In this document: piece after piece, positions 52,102-63,569 of the stretch | How positions within the stretch are numbered: the stretch's first letter is position 1 | How the letters are laid out: each line of letters begins with the position of its first letter | Assembly (NCBI GenBank): GCA_046045965.1 | Contig: JBJOKS010000003.1 | Span: 128,001 to 192,000 of the forward strand | Direction of reading: 5' to 3' | Source: Cyanobacteriota bacterium | GTDB taxonomy: Bacteria; Cyanobacteriota; Cyanobacteriia; Cyanobacteriales; Nostocaceae | Length of the DNA: 64,000 nucleotides | Made by a program: the position numbers and the translations under genes | Notes under the pieces: model-generated | The model's input: the letters and a program-made list of their open reading frames with translations, nothing else | Database searches by the model: none | Told to the model about the DNA's origin: nothing

Positions 52102-55086
52102 ATGTTCTGGAAATGGTGCTTGAGAGTTATGATCGTGTCCCTGGGGTTATGGCTAATCTTGGATCTGGCTTCCCATCTAGGGGCTGATATTTTCTGGTTT
52201 CAGGAAGTTGGCTATTTGCAAACATTTCTGATCCAGTTAATAACTCAGGGTGCTTTATGGGTGGGTGTTGTCAGTATCAGCTGTAGTTATCTTTTGGGAA
52301 ATCTAGTTTTAGCACAACGCTGGAAATATCCCAAGTCTCTGATCAGTGAACCTGCAAGAACTGAAAAAACCAGACTAAGTAGGGATCTGACAAATTTTCT
52401 TGCCCCCCAGTATGGCAGATTTGAGCAAACTTCTCAAATTGAGACAGGAAGGCGAAAAATTAGATTGCGTTGGTTGTTACCGCTGACATTAGCCTTGAGT
52501 TTGTTGGTGGGGTTAATGGTAACGCATTATGGCCAGGTTGCCATAGGTTACTGGAATAATGGAGAAGTTAATCAGGTTAACTCACCCTTTACTATCTTGT
52601 TTAGACCAGAGATAGCTTGGAACTTGGGTATGAGGATGATTTCTCAATTCTGGTATCTTGGCGTGGTGATGGTAGTGGCGATCGCTCTTTTAATATATTC
52701 TCAGTTTTTTCTGTGGGCGATCGCACTTGTTTTGAGTCTCGGTTTTGGGTGGATACTATCTCACCATTGGTCTAAAATACTGCTTTATTTCCACTCTACC
52801 CCTTTCAATAGTACCGAGCCTTTATTTGGCAAAGATATCAGCTTTTATATTTTTTCACTCCCACTCTGGGAAATATTAGCTTTTTGGTTGATTGGATTAT
52901 GTTTATATAGCTTTGTTTCCGTTACTCTCACCTATCTTTTATCAGGTGATAGTCTCAGTCAAGGTATTTTTCCCGGCTTTTCTCTACCACAGCAACGTCA
53001 TTTATTTGGTTTAAGTGGCTGTTTGATGTTGGTAGTAGCATTTACTTATTGGCTAGGTCGTTATGAACTCGTTTATTCTTCCCGTGGGGTGAGTTTTGGT
53101 GCTAGTTATACCGATGCTAAGGTACAGTTGCCAGCTGATACTATGTTATGTGTTTTAGCTGTGGCGATCGCATTTTATTTATTATGGCAAACTTGCTTTT
53201 GGAAACCCAAATCTCAACATCATCGCTGGGCAATTTATAGTTTATTTATTTATGTAAGTTTAATAATTGTAGGTGATTTTATTGTACCTGCTATTGTCCA
53301 ATCTTTAATGGTCCAACCCAATGAATTGCAGCGAGAACAACCTTACATTCAGCGGACTATTACCTTAACTCGGCAAGCATTCGATTTACAAACAATAGAT
53401 TCTCAAACTTTTAACCCCCAAGGAAAATTAACCCAAGCTGATCTCAAAGCCAATGATCTGACAATTAGAAATATTCGTCTTTGGGATCAAGAACCACTAT
53501 TAAAAACTAACCGCCAATTACAACAAATTCGTCCTTATTATCAGTTTCCTGATGCCGATATTGATCGCTATATCATCAAAACTGAACCCAACCAAGAAGC
53601 AACCGCATCAACAGAAAAACGTCAGGTATTAATTGCAGCGCGGGAATTAGATTATAATTCTGTTCCACAGCAAGCACAAACATGGGTAAACCGCAATTTA
53701 ATTTACACTCACGGTTATGGTTTTACCATGAGTCCAGTAAATACAGTTGCTCCCGGTGGTTTGCCAGAATATTTTGTTAAAGATATTAGCGGTAATGGTA
53801 GTGCGTTAACTACTTCTAGTGAAGCTATTCGCCAAAGTATTCCTATTGGTGAACCGCGAATTTATTATGGAGAAATTTCTAATACTCATGTCATGACTGG
53901 GACAAAAGTTAGAGAGTTAGATTATCCCAGTGGCAGTGATAATGTTTATAATACCTACGATGGTAACGGTGGCATCAAAATAGGTTCTCTGTGGAAAAGA
54001 TGGCTATTTGCCACGTATTTAAAAGATTGGCAAATGATATTTACACGGAATTTTCTACCAGAAACAAAGGTATTATTTCGGCGAAATATTAACCAACGAA
54101 TTCGCACAATTGCACCTTTTTTAAAATTTGACAGCGAGCCTTATTTAGTAGCTGCTGATGGCAATTCTGACCATAAAAATGAACAATTTCCAGGGGCGGA
54201 TAGCTATCTTTATTGGGTAGTAGATGCTTACACAACCAGCGATCGCTATCCCTATTCTGACCAAAATAATGAGGGTATCAACTATATTCGTAACTCTGTT
54301 AAAATCGTCATTGATGCTTACAACGGCACAGTCAGATTTTACATTGCTGAACCAAAAGATCCTCTAATTATTGCTTGGTCAAAAATCTTCCCGCAAATGT
54401 TCCAACCGCTAACAAATATGCCTGTAAATCTCCGCAGTCATATCCGCTATCCGGTGGACTTTTTTAAAATTCAATCTGAACGGTTAATGACTTATCATAT
54501 CACTAACCCTCAAGTGTTTTACAACCGAGAAGATCAATGGCAAATTCCCAAAGAAATTTATGGAACTGAACCCCGTCAACTTGAACCTTACTATTTAATT
54601 ACCAGTCTTCCTGGTGTTCCTTTTGAAGAATTTATTTTATTACTTCCCTACACACCAAAAGAAAGAACAAATTTAATTGCTTGGTTAGCAGCACGTTCTG
54701 ATGGGGAAAATTACGGTAAATTGCTACTATATAATTTTCCTAAAGAACGTTTGATTTATGGACCAGAACAAATAGAAGCCAGAATTAACCAAGATCCCGT
54801 AATTTCTCAACAAATTTCATTATGGAACCGTCAAGGTTCGAGAGCAATACAAGGTAATCTTTTAATTATTCCCATTGAACAATCTTTGTTGTATGTTGAG
54901 CCAATTTATTTAGAAGCAACCCAGAATAGTTTACCAACTTTGGTCAGGGTGGTTGTTGCTTATGAAAATCGCATTGTCATGGCACAGACATTAGAACAAG
55001 CTTTAGAAGGAATATTTAAACCAGAAGAAACACTAGCACCGCCAATTATTCGTCCTCTCGAAGAAGAAGGAATACCACCGGTTTAA
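52102..55086 (+). CDS. UPF0182 family membrane protein
   Basis: [44 protein letters not shown]. Confidence 0.95.
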   Translation: MFWKWCLRVMIVSLGLWLILDLASHLGADIFWFQEVGYLQTFLIQLITQGALWVGVVSISCSYLLGNLVLAQRWKYPKSLISEPARTEKTRLSRDLTNFLAPQYGRFEQTSQIETGRRKIRLRWLLPLTLALSLLVGLMVTHYGQVAIGYWNNGEVNQVNSPFTILFRPEIAWNLGMRMISQFWYLGVVMVVAIALLIYSQFFLWAIALVLSLGFGWILSHHWSKILLYFHSTPFNSTEPLFGKDISFYIFSLPLWEILAFWLIGLCLYSFVSVTLTYLLSGDSLSQGIFPGFSLPQQRHLFGLSGCLMLVVAFTYWLGRYELVYSSRGVSFGASYTDAKVQLPADTMLCVLAVAIAFYLLWQTCFWKPKSQHHRWAIYSLFIYVSLIIVGDFIVPAIVQSLMVQPNELQREQPYIQRTITLTRQAFDLQTIDSQTFNPQGKLTQADLKANDLTIRNIRLWDQEPLLKTNRQLQQIRPYYQFPDADIDRYIIKTEPNQEATASTEKRQVLIAARELDYNSVPQQAQTWVNRNLIYTHGYGFTMSPVNTVAPGGLPEYFVKDISGNGSALTTSSEAIRQSIPIGEPRIYYGEISNTHVMTGTKVRELDYPSGSDNVYNTYDGNGGIKIGSLWKRWLFATYLKDWQMIFTRNFLPETKVLFRRNINQRIRTIAPFLKFDSEPYLVAADGNSDHKNEQFPGADSYLYWVVDAYTTSDRYPYSDQNNEGINYIRNSVKIVIDAYNGTVRFYIAEPKDPLIIAWSKIFPQMFQPLTNMPVNLRSHIRYPVDFFKIQSERLMTYHITNPQVFYNREDQWQIPKEIYGTEPRQLEPYYLITSLPGVPFEEFILLLPYTPKERTNLIAWLAARSDGENYGKLLLYNFPKERLIYGPEQIEARINQDPVISQQISLWNRQGSRAIQGNLLIIPIEQSLLYVEPIYLEATQNSLPTLVRVVVAYENRIVMAQTLEQALEGIFKPEETLAPPIIRPLEEEGIPPV

Positions 55087-55132
55087 AATAATTCGTAAGT
55101 TGTAATTTATAATTCATAATTAGGAAATACAA

Positions 55133-55411
55133 ATGACCATACAGCTACAATTAAAACCAGAAATCGAGGCTCGTCTTATTACTGAAGCTGCTGCAAAAGG
55201 TGTATCAGTTGAAGTTTATCTTGAATCTTTGATTGAAGACAGTTTGAGTAGTCAGGAAGAAAAATCTTTTTCTCAAGTTGTAAATCAGGAAGAGTGGGAA
55301 GCAGCACTAGCAGATTTAATCAATAGTCCTGCTTTTGCTTTAGCACCACCACTTTCGGATGCAGCGATTAGTAGAGAGAATATTTATACCAGAGAAGATG
55401 AAATGTTATGA
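55133..55411 (+). CDS. putative antitoxin
   Basis: MTIQLQLKPEIEARL..EAAAKG...LSDAAISRENIY; ATGA overlap with downstream PIN-like start. Confidence 0.75.
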   Translation: MTIQLQLKPEIEARLITEAAAKGVSVEVYLESLIEDSLSSQEEKSFSQVVNQEEWEAALADLINSPAFALAPPLSDAAISRENIYTREDEML

Positions 55412-56106
55412 GCTATTTGGTAGATACCAATATTTTACTGCGTTTAGTGCAGAAAAATAACCCCATGAATCCTGATGCTCAAAGAGCAATTATTACCCTC
55501 AAAAAACAATGTGAATCATTATATATTATAGCTATATTAAGTCTATTACTTCGTTACAAACATCGTAGCGAATGGTTTTATCAAGATAAACTTTATGACT
55601 TAGCTACTGATAAGGAGAATACACGAAAAGCAGAAAAATTACTAGCACTTGATTTGTACTCTTATCTTCATGATCAAGGTCTTGATTTCAGTATCGAACC
55701 ATCATCTCACAGGGGTAAAATTGATTTAATAGCTGCACAAGGTTCAGATGATCCACTTCTTGCTGATACTAAAATATTTGATGCAAAGAGTCGTGGTAAA
55801 GACTACATTCGTAAAGGTTTCCGTCAAATTTACACTTATACTAATGATTATAATGAACCATTTGGTTATTTAATAATATACAAAATAACTGATAAAGACC
55901 TCAAATTTTCATTAGCAACACCCTCACGTAATATTCCTGTGATCATCTATAATCACAAAACTATTTTCTTGATAACTATAGATATATATCCACATTCCGA
56001 GCCTGTTTCACACCGAAAACCACTTAAAGCAATTTCCATCACTGAACAAGAATTAATCCAAACTGCTGAAGAAGAAATTGACGAAAAAATTACCCAAAAT
56101 GAGTAA
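55408..56106 (+). CDS. chimeric ORF: PIN N-terminus (about 41 aa) fused in frame to a PD-(D/E)xK-like domain
   Basis: MSYLVDTNILLR PIN start; after about 55531 an unrelated sequence with EP..GKIDL...LADTKIF...GFRQIYTY. Confidence 0.65.
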   Translation: MSYLVDTNILLRLVQKNNPMNPDAQRAIITLKKQCESLYIIAILSLLLRYKHRSEWFYQDKLYDLATDKENTRKAEKLLALDLYSYLHDQGLDFSIEPSSHRGKIDLIAAQGSDDPLLADTKIFDAKSRGKDYIRKGFRQIYTYTNDYNEPFGYLIIYKITDKDLKFSLATPSRNIPVIIYNHKTIFLITIDIYPHSEPVSHRKPLKAISITEQELIQTAEEEIDEKITQNE

Positions 56107-56254
56107 TTAACTCCTAATCTCTTTCATGGATTTATACTAAACCCTGAATTAATCTAATTCTTCCTTTGCGCCTTTGCTTCTTTGTGCCTTTGCGCGAAAC
56201 CTTCATCTGTAGTATTTTATTATTTATAATTAACCAAAAGTAGAAAAATCAATC

Positions 56255-56578
56255 ATGCTATATCACTTAGATTTTCACGTCGAATACCCCGACGACATGA
56301 CACAACAAGAACTATTTACCATTTGGAATGAAGAAGCAGACGCAGCACTGCAAGCAAAACAAGCAGGAATTGTTGTAGATTTGTGGAAATGTGTGGGAAC
56401 TCGTCGAGTAATTGCAATTGTGGATGTTCCCACACCGGATACCCTCGATCAAATTCTCTTAGATTTACCCATCATGAAAAAAATGGGTCAAAATGTGCAA
56501 GTAGAAGTAACTCCTTTAAGAAGATATGAAGACTTTGCAGCAGATGTAAAATCTCGGTTAGAGAAAAAAGAAAAATAA
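56255..56578 (+). CDS. muconolactone delta-isomerase family protein
   Basis: MLYHLDFHVEYP, LWKCVG, LDQILLDLP, VEVTPL. Confidence 0.8.
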   Translation: MLYHLDFHVEYPDDMTQQELFTIWNEEADAALQAKQAGIVVDLWKCVGTRRVIAIVDVPTPDTLDQILLDLPIMKKMGQNVQVEVTPLRRYEDFAADVKSRLEKKEK

Positions 56579-56609
56579 GAAAATTATGGGTGAGATGATA
56601 ATAACAACT

Positions 56610-57038
56610 TTAGTATTTGATACTGGGAAGAATCAGAATGTCTATTATCTCACCTACAGCCAAACCTGAGCCAGCAACTACTGTTAAAATCCAAAAAGAC
56701 TCTGTTTTGCTAAAGCCAGAAAAACGCATTTCTAAATCAGCTAACAGCGTCGTTGCTAATGGTATGAGAAATATACTGAACAAAATTGACCAAATTGCGA
56801 TTAAAGCGATGGATGCACTTAAAACTAAGACGACAACCAAGGTTTGAGAACCGAAAACTAGCAGAGTTTCTAACCAAGAGATACTTTTTCTGACTATAGC
56901 TATGGCGATCGCAGCTACAAAAGCTCCCACTAACCAAGCAATTTGATGAACCGCAAGATACCATCCTAAAAGATTATAAGCCAGCCAAAGTAATGCTAAA
57001 GCAGTTACAGGAATCCTCTGGAAAAATAGCGTATTCAT
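56610..57038 (-). CDS. hypothetical membrane protein
   Basis: Hydrophobic ORF with several predicted TM segments. Confidence 0.75.
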   Translation of the reverse strand: MNTLFFQRIPVTALALLWLAYNLLGWYLAVHQIAWLVGAFVAAIAIAIVRKSISWLETLLVFGSQTLVVVLVLSASIALIAIWSILFSIFLIPLATTLLADLEMRFSGFSKTESFWILTVVAGSGLAVGEIIDILILPSIKY

Positions 57039-57348
57039 ATTTCCGGCTCCTATAATTATCTTATCATCAATTTAATTTATAAAGACATTATTTGTCTACT
57101 TCCAATATAAAAATTTTGTCATTATTCCTCTATCTTCAGAAGTATTTTAACATTATGTCACCACTGTTTATTAATTTGTAATTTCTTAAATTTATTCCCT
57201 GAGATATACTTTCAAATATTCCCAAGCAAACCTATCGACAGAGATAGCTGAAGTTTTATTTTGTTAAACCTATAATTAAAATGCAGGTAAAGAAACTAAT
57301 TTTCATAAATTGCTGACAAAAGCATATTATATAGAGAAGGTAAATAAT

Positions 57349-57747
57349 ATGTATGTTGAACAGATATTACCGAATAAGGCAGATAAGGTAGCTGTCAATA
57401 AAACCTTGAATCGTTTCACACAAACTGAAAGTAAACCAGAATACCCACAACAGGAAGGATTAAATATCTCCGATTTAGCAATAGCTTTAAGTCCACTCAG
57501 CTTTGTCTTTATTTGGGCAATTTTTCTGTTTATTTTGCAAAAAATCCGCTCCCATGCAGACAATAAAATGGCTTTTAGCATCAATGGGTTACATCAAGTT
57601 CCCTGTAAAAACTGTAAGTTTTTTTCCAATAATCATTATTTGAAGTGTGCTGTTAAGCCAGATATAGTTCTCACCGAAGAAGCAGTCAATTGTTCTGAAT
57701 ACTGCCAGAAAAAAGGTAAATTTCCCCCGAATAAATTATTTGGTTGA
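57349..57747 (+). CDS. single-TM hypothetical protein with C-terminal Cys motif
   Basis: TM then PCKNCKFF..HYLKCAV.P...A.NCSEY; ATG at 57349. Confidence 0.75.
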   Translation: MYVEQILPNKADKVAVNKTLNRFTQTESKPEYPQQEGLNISDLAIALSPLSFVFIWAIFLFILQKIRSHADNKMAFSINGLHQVPCKNCKFFSNNHYLKCAVKPDIVLTEEAVNCSEYCQKKGKFPPNKLFG

Positions 57748-57769
57748 TCTGTGCTGGTCTCTTTTAACC

Positions 57770-60700
57770 TTAAGTCTCTTTACCATAGGGTTTTACTCCT
57801 GACTCCTGTACCGGCGAACGGCCGTTCGTCCCTGCTGACTCCTGACTTCTGCTATATTTTTCGATCAACTCCTTCACTTGAGCCGCCACAAGTGGATGAG
57901 GATCTGTTTGTAAATGGGGAAGAATTTCTTGCAGCACTCGCCGAGAAACTACACTCAAGTATGATATCGCGGCTTCTCTAACAAAGCCTGTAGGATGGCG
58001 CAAATTTGCCAAAATTACCGTGGTTGTCAGTCGAATATAAGCAGCTTGGGCAAAATGAAAACAGCAAGCTAAACACCAGTCAGAAAGCAAATTTCCCTGG
58101 GTGATGAGCTTACAGATGCGGTCATTGATAGAAATATTTTCATATTGCCAAAATCCTGCATCGACTAGATACTTGAGCTTTTCTGGTTCTGGTCGTCGAT
58201 CTAATATATTCAGCAATAAAGACTTACAAGGTAAATTTATAGTATGGTCTAGGATTTCTAACCCCCGTGCTAAATTGATCAAGGAATGAGATTGAAGATT
58301 GAAAGCTGCGGCTTGCATTTTTTCTGCTGGGTAAAGCAGTTTCAATAACAGCAATATCCTATCTCTGACATCTAACTCTAATTCTAGAAGAGAGCGTTGC
58401 AGCAACTGAGCAATGGTTAAAAGCCTGTCATTCCCTTGATAATTTTCTAGAGAATCGAGATTTTGGAAGTCTATATAGGCTGCATAAATCTCACCCAGAA
58501 ATTTTAATTCTTGCTCAACCAAAGCTTCAACCCGACTTTCATAGAGCCGATCCACGACACTGATATTTCCTGGTTGTTGGTTAATTTTCAGTAAGCTACG
58601 GAGGATATAGTCCCTGGTAGTACCCGTGGATGCTTCCAAATGTAGCCATAAGGTTTCTCTGGCTTCTATGGTGCTGATTTGAGCAATGGTACGCCAAGCA
58701 TACATTCGCACCACGTCTGGTTTGTAAACATTTGTAGCCAGTCTCAATAACATGGGGATAGCTTCATTTTGCATACTCGCCAAGCACTCCATAGCTGTAG
58801 TCCGAGTAGATTTATAGTAGAGTGCTGCTAAGAGTGTGGGATAGTATTCTTCCAACCGAGTTGCGGTAATCATTTCTAAGACCGCACAGCGTACCCGCAA
58901 GGAGTCATCCTGTAATAAGTCGGGGATGTGAACCCGCAAAGCCTGTAAATAAACTACTTCACTCAGCGCCCTGACTCCGTTTACCCGTTCTCGTTCTTGT
59001 TTATGGGTGAGCATCCGCCGCATAGTTTTGGTAGCTGCTGCTTGTTGTATAGGTGTACCTTGACGCAATAGCAAGGCGGCGGCGGTGGCGCGGATGAGTG
59101 AATGGTGTGCTGGCTCTAGGTATTCTTCTAAGAGGCTTAAATTGAGATTTGTTTCCGAGAGCCAAATATAACGCATAGCCAAAGCAAACACTTCCGGGTC
59201 AAGGGTGGCTTGCGGCTGGTCTAGTAAGCGACGAACTTCAGGCACATATAGGTTATTTACACCTGCCATCAGCATTAATTCTAGGCTTGACCTTTGTAAA
59301 TCTGAAGGTAACTTAACTAGCAAGGGTGCTAAAACTTCTCCTGAACCGGGAAGATCAATTTGGGCTAAAAGTTCTAAGCAAGAGTGTTTATCGGTGCTAC
59401 TGCCTGTTTCTACTAAAGCTTTGACTATTCCCTGTTTGAAGGCGCGTAGACCGACAGTTGTTGTACTCAATCCCCCCCGTTCTGCACTTAAAACTAAGAC
59501 ATCAACATAGCGCGATCGCAATTCCCAGACGACTTTTAAACAGGCAGCAGCTACAATTACTGTTTCGCCGATTAATACCCACTTCTGTAATGCTTCAGGG
59601 ACAAATTTGTTGCTAATAAATATAGTACCAAAAATTACAAATCCCGTAAAACCAGAGGCGATCGCTTCGGCTGTACCACTAGATAAAGCTTGCATCCGGC
59701 TCCGAATTCGCTCAGGAATGGGTTGATAAAGTGCTGGACCGCTACTAATAACAAAGGTATAGCGCAGCAGTTCATCACAGAATTTGAGACTGATTAAACC
59801 CCAGAAAAATCCAGGCTCTTCAATAGCTGGAAATAAGTTGAGCAGGGAGATCACCCCAGGTAACAAAAAGCCGACAGTTATTGGTAAAAGTGCTGCTGTG
59901 AAAAACACCCCCAGTTTTTCAATCAAGCGGCTGGAAATAAACCACTGGGTAACTAATTCACACAGTCCCACAATGCCACCAAATACACCCAAAAAGCTGG
60001 CCAGTTGTTGTTCACCTAAACTGGAATTGAGTTCACGCAAATACTGAAAATCTATTAATAAGCCTATGACTTGCAATAGGGCAAAAAAGGCAAATAACTG
60101 CCAAACGTAGCGTTTTAGAGGCGTTTCTAAACGGCGATGTCGGGAAGCTTGTTCTTCGGTAATTTCCCGTTGTGGGGTATGGGGGAAAGCTGTGGGATAT
60201 TTATAAGTTAAATAAAATAAGATTCCTGAACCTAAGAGAATGACAATACAAGCCACAATAATGACTTGATTGAGCTGGGCAAATTTGAGTAAAATCGGCA
60301 AACTAAAGCCACTAATCACATCGGCCACTAATATGCCACTACTAACCAATGGGTAAGTGCGTTTAATCTCACGAATGTTGAATAATTGATTGGCAACAAT
60401 AGATGTGTTAAGGTCATTGACTACATAACAAGCATCTACCCACAACCTGAGTAGAAAGATCATAATTACTGCCAGGTAGGGAATATTTATACCCCCATAC
60501 AAGAAGACTAGTAAAAATAATGGTACGACCATGCCCGGTGCGATCGCTACTATCACTGCACGCAACGGAAAAACTTTTTGTAACCAAGAATATAAAACCA
60601 CCAGTCCAGCACCGGTGACTGCACTGGCAATATAAATCCAGGGTAGTTGTCCCGCACCATATTTATCCAAAAACAGTGCTACAGTGCTATCCTCTGCCCA

Positions 60701-60841
60701 CCGCAACCCTACAGATACAATTGTGTAGAAGGCAAACATCATCCAAGTGCGTTCAACTTCCTCTGGTCGAAGATTTACCCACTTCAGTAGTCGTACCAGA
60801 AAGCTTTGATCGCTAGTCAACCAGTGATTTTTCAATTCCAT
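57770..60841 (-). CDS. MFS-like (Npt/TLC-type) membrane domain fused to HEAT repeats
   Basis: Multi-TM N-terminus (ALFLDKYGAGQLPWIYIA, NQLFNIREIKRTYP); HEAT-like helical repeats; repeat-derived C-terminal tail. Confidence 0.88.
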   Translation of the reverse strand: MELKNHWLTSDQSFLVRLLKWVNLRPEEVERTWMMFAFYTIVSVGLRWAEDSTVALFLDKYGAGQLPWIYIASAVTGAGLVVLYSWLQKVFPLRAVIVAIAPGMVVPLFLLVFLYGGINIPYLAVIMIFLLRLWVDACYVVNDLNTSIVANQLFNIREIKRTYPLVSSGILVADVISGFSLPILLKFAQLNQVIIVACIVILLGSGILFYLTYKYPTAFPHTPQREITEEQASRHRRLETPLKRYVWQLFAFFALLQVIGLLIDFQYLRELNSSLGEQQLASFLGVFGGIVGLCELVTQWFISSRLIEKLGVFFTAALLPITVGFLLPGVISLLNLFPAIEEPGFFWGLISLKFCDELLRYTFVISSGPALYQPIPERIRSRMQALSSGTAEAIASGFTGFVIFGTIFISNKFVPEALQKWVLIGETVIVAAACLKVVWELRSRYVDVLVLSAERGGLSTTTVGLRAFKQGIVKALVETGSSTDKHSCLELLAQIDLPGSGEVLAPLLVKLPSDLQRSSLELMLMAGVNNLYVPEVRRLLDQPQATLDPEVFALAMRYIWLSETNLNLSLLEEYLEPAHHSLIRATAAALLLRQGTPIQQAAATKTMRRMLTHKQERERVNGVRALSEVVYLQALRVHIPDLLQDDSLRVRCAVLEMITATRLEEYYPTLLAALYYKSTRTTAMECLASMQNEAIPMLLRLATNVYKPDVVRMYAWRTIAQISTIEARETLWLHLEASTGTTRDYILRSLLKINQQPGNISVVDRLYESRVEALVEQELKFLGEIYAAYIDFQNLDSLENYQGNDRLLTIAQLLQRSLLELELDVRDRILLLLKLLYPAEKMQAAAFNLQSHSLINLARGLEILDHTINLPCKSLLLNILDRRPEPEKLKYLVDAGFWQYENISINDRICKLITQGNLLSDWCLACCFHFAQAAYIRLTTTVILANLRHPTGFVREAAISYLSVVSRRVLQEILPHLQTDPHPLVAAQVKELIEKYSRSQESAGTNGRSPVQESGVKPYGKET

Positions 60842-60913
60842 GCAGTTTTTTGGGTGTGAAACAGGTAATCACAGCACAACAGCTAAGTCATTAGGATAAC
60901 AGTTACTGAATAG

Positions 60914-60964
60914 CAAAAGTCCTGAACAACTGAGTATTATCATTCCCACTCAGCAGCCAGGACT
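60914..60964 (-). terminator. long hairpin with short U-tail between infC and the MFS-HEAT gene
   Basis: Minus strand AGTCCTGG..GCTGAGT-loop-ACTCAGT..TCAGGACT then TTT. Confidence 0.5.
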
Positions 60965-61099
60965 ATCATTTGGCAATAAATTTATAGTTTGGTGTTTGGT
61001 GTTTGGGAAAGAAGGGAACTCTTAACAGGGAACAGGGAACAGTTAAAGAATTTTCTCCCCATCACCCCATCACCCCATCACCCTACACTCTAGGAATGA

Positions 61100-61633
61100 T
61101 TACTTTTTGGGTGAGATCAGCATCATCATATTTCGCCCTTCTTTTTTGGGAGCTTGCTGTACCTCACCAAACGGTTCTAAATCTGTAGCCATACGCTTTA
61201 GTAAAGTCTCTGCTAAGTCACTGTGCTGGATTTCTCGACCCCGGAACATCACTGTAGCTTTGACTTTATCACCATCTTTGAGGAAGCGTTCTGCTTGTTT
61301 GACGCGCACATTATAGTCATGTTCTTCAATCTTGTAGCGCATCTTCACTTCCTTCACGTCAGCCGTGTGCTGCTTCTTCCGGGCTTCCCGCGCCTTTTTC
61401 TCCTGCTCAAACTTATATTTCCCATAGTCCATGATTCGACATACCGGCGGGTCAGCTTTGTCACTGAGTAGCACCAGGTCTAGCTCTTTTTCTTCTGCTA
61501 GTTGTAATGCTTCATGCGGTGGCATAATTCCCAGTTGGGCACCATCATTATCAATGACCCGAATTTTCGGGAAGCGAATCCGTTCGTTAATTTGGGGGAG
61601 ATCGCGGGTTCTTTTTTTCTCAATCACAGGCAT
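61100..61633 (-). CDS. infC: translation initiation factor IF-3
   Basis: [35 protein letters not shown]. Confidence 0.98.
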   Translation of the reverse strand: MPVIEKKRTRDLPQINERIRFPKIRVIDNDGAQLGIMPPHEALQLAEEKELDLVLLSDKADPPVCRIMDYGKYKFEQEKKAREARKKQHTADVKEVKMRYKIEEHDYNVRVKQAERFLKDGDKVKATVMFRGREIQHSDLAETLLKRMATDLEPFGEVQQAPKKEGRNMMMLISPKK

Positions 61634-61950
61634 TATGATTTTTGGGAGCTCTTTAGTTAAGGATTTGGCTTGGTCTTAGTTTACTTAGTTTTGTTTGGTA
61701 TGCCCACAGAAGGCAAAATACGGAAATGACTCAAAACTTAAAAATGAGTCCATCTCTTTAGATTAGCTAATCCATACAATAGTTGGTTACTCTGTTGTAT
61801 TTGTTATTCTACTAACTTTGATCAGATTTCCCTACAATAGTTAATCTAAATTACACAAACTTGGCTAAACTTAATTATTATTACAATCATACCTTAATCT
61901 CTTGACATTTAACTTCATATACACTGTGACAGGGAATAGGAACAGGGGAA

Positions 61951-62868
61951 ATGGAGAGAAATATGAACACTGCTTTATCTTGGCAGCAGCGTGTGGGTAA
62001 TCAAAGAGATTGGCTTTGGCGGGGTTGGCAAATCCGCTACACTTACATCCGCCCTACTGAAAACCATCAAAATACCACACCTTTAATTTTACTACATGGC
62101 TTTGGTGCTTCTATTGGGCATTGGCGACATAATTTAGAAGTTTTAGGTACACATCATACAGTTTATGCCTTAGATATGCTGGGTTTTGGCGCTTCTGAAA
62201 AAGCCACAGCTAATTACAGCGTTGAACTTTGGGTAGAGCAGGTTTATGAATTTTGGCGGGCGTTTATCCGCCAACCAGTAATATTAGTAGGTAATTCCAT
62301 CGGTTCTTTAATCAGCTTAGTTGCTGCTGCTGCCCATCCAGATATGGTGCAGGGTATAGTAATGATGAGTTTACCTGATCCAACATTGGAGCTAGAAGCC
62401 CTCCCCACTTTTTTACATCCAGTAGTTAGAGGAATTAAAAGTATTGTTGCTTCGCCTTTACTGCTTAAACCTTTATTTAAATATGTTCGTCAACCAGGAG
62501 TGCTGCGACGCTGGTCTGGTCTTGCTTATGCTCATCCCGAAGCCATCACCGATGAACTCATAGATATTTTAGCTGGACCACCTCAAGATAGAGGTTCTAC
62601 CCGTGCTTTTATTGCTCTGTTCAAAGCTTCAATCAGTTCAGAATTTAGTCCTAGTGTCAAGAAAATATTACCAAACTTAACAATTCCCATGTTATTAATT
62701 TGGGGGCGAAAAGATAAATTTGTTCCCCCAAACTTGGCCAGTGAGTTTGCTAAATACAACGCAAAATTAGAAATCCTTTATCTGGAAGACGTGGGTCACT
62801 GTCCCCATGATGAATCACCAGAACTCGTGAACCAGGTGATTTTGGATTGGATACAGGGAAACAGGTGA
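61951..62868 (+). CDS. alpha/beta hydrolase
   Basis: LLHGFGAS, GNSIG nucleophile elbow, WGRKD, GHCPHDE. Confidence 0.93.
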   Translation: MERNMNTALSWQQRVGNQRDWLWRGWQIRYTYIRPTENHQNTTPLILLHGFGASIGHWRHNLEVLGTHHTVYALDMLGFGASEKATANYSVELWVEQVYEFWRAFIRQPVILVGNSIGSLISLVAAAAHPDMVQGIVMMSLPDPTLELEALPTFLHPVVRGIKSIVASPLLLKPLFKYVRQPGVLRRWSGLAYAHPEAITDELIDILAGPPQDRGSTRAFIALFKASISSEFSPSVKKILPNLTIPMLLIWGRKDKFVPPNLASEFAKYNAKLEILYLEDVGHCPHDESPELVNQVILDWIQGNR

Positions 62869-62884
62869 CTGGGGACTCTTTACT

Positions 62885-62924
62885 GGGGACGCAGGGGACG
62901 CAGGGGACGCAGGGGACGCAGGGG
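62885..62924. repeat. tandem nonamer GGGGACGCA x4
   Basis: Direct inspection. Confidence 0.9.
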
Positions 62925-62954
62925 AAGATTAATCACCTAATTACCCATTACCAA

Positions 62955-63308
62955 TTACCCAACTGTAACTTGATTAGTATCAACATCTGTAGCACCATTC
63001 ACAGAACGAGCTACAGAAATCATCCTATTGAGAATATTTTGACTGGGAACTTTGCCTTTTAGTACCACAGTGCTTCCTGTTTGAGCCACCCAGAGGGTAT
63101 TGATATCATCAAGTTGGGGATCTTGATCAAACGCCAATGTTACCCGTTTGGCTAAACCGCTTTGGTCATACTCCCCGTTTAATCCTAGACGTTCTGGAGG
63201 GATTGTTTGAGTAGCAGTAGCTCCTGCTTGTTGTGCTACTTGAGGAGTTGGATTGACTTGTGCATTTTCTGGTTTTTCCAATCCAAATAGTCTTTGTAAC
63301 CAACCCAT
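62955..63308 (-). CDS. BON-domain protein
   Basis: MGWLQRLFG..., DQSGLAKRV, VVLKGKVP, V.GATDVD. Confidence 0.85.
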   Translation of the reverse strand: MGWLQRLFGLEKPENAQVNPTPQVAQQAGATATQTIPPERLGLNGEYDQSGLAKRVTLAFDQDPQLDDINTLWVAQTGSTVVLKGKVPSQNILNRMISVARSVNGATDVDTNQVTVG

Positions 63309-63569
63309 AAACAATTTTCTCCTGGTTAAAGCTTTCTAATATCAGTATAAAGGTTGGAAGAAAAAGTAACATCTGTCCTTGAAAGGATATATCATCAAAA
63401 ATATTCATACTTTGACTTCTATATTTAGAATGTAACAAGTGCAAAAATTAAGTTTACAATGGGAGGTTGCACCGAAAATTCCATCACCATAGTTATACCT
63501 ATGGTTGTTCGTGAATTTTCCCGATTTTACTAATTATTGATGCTGCTATCATCAACTGTATTGGCGAAG

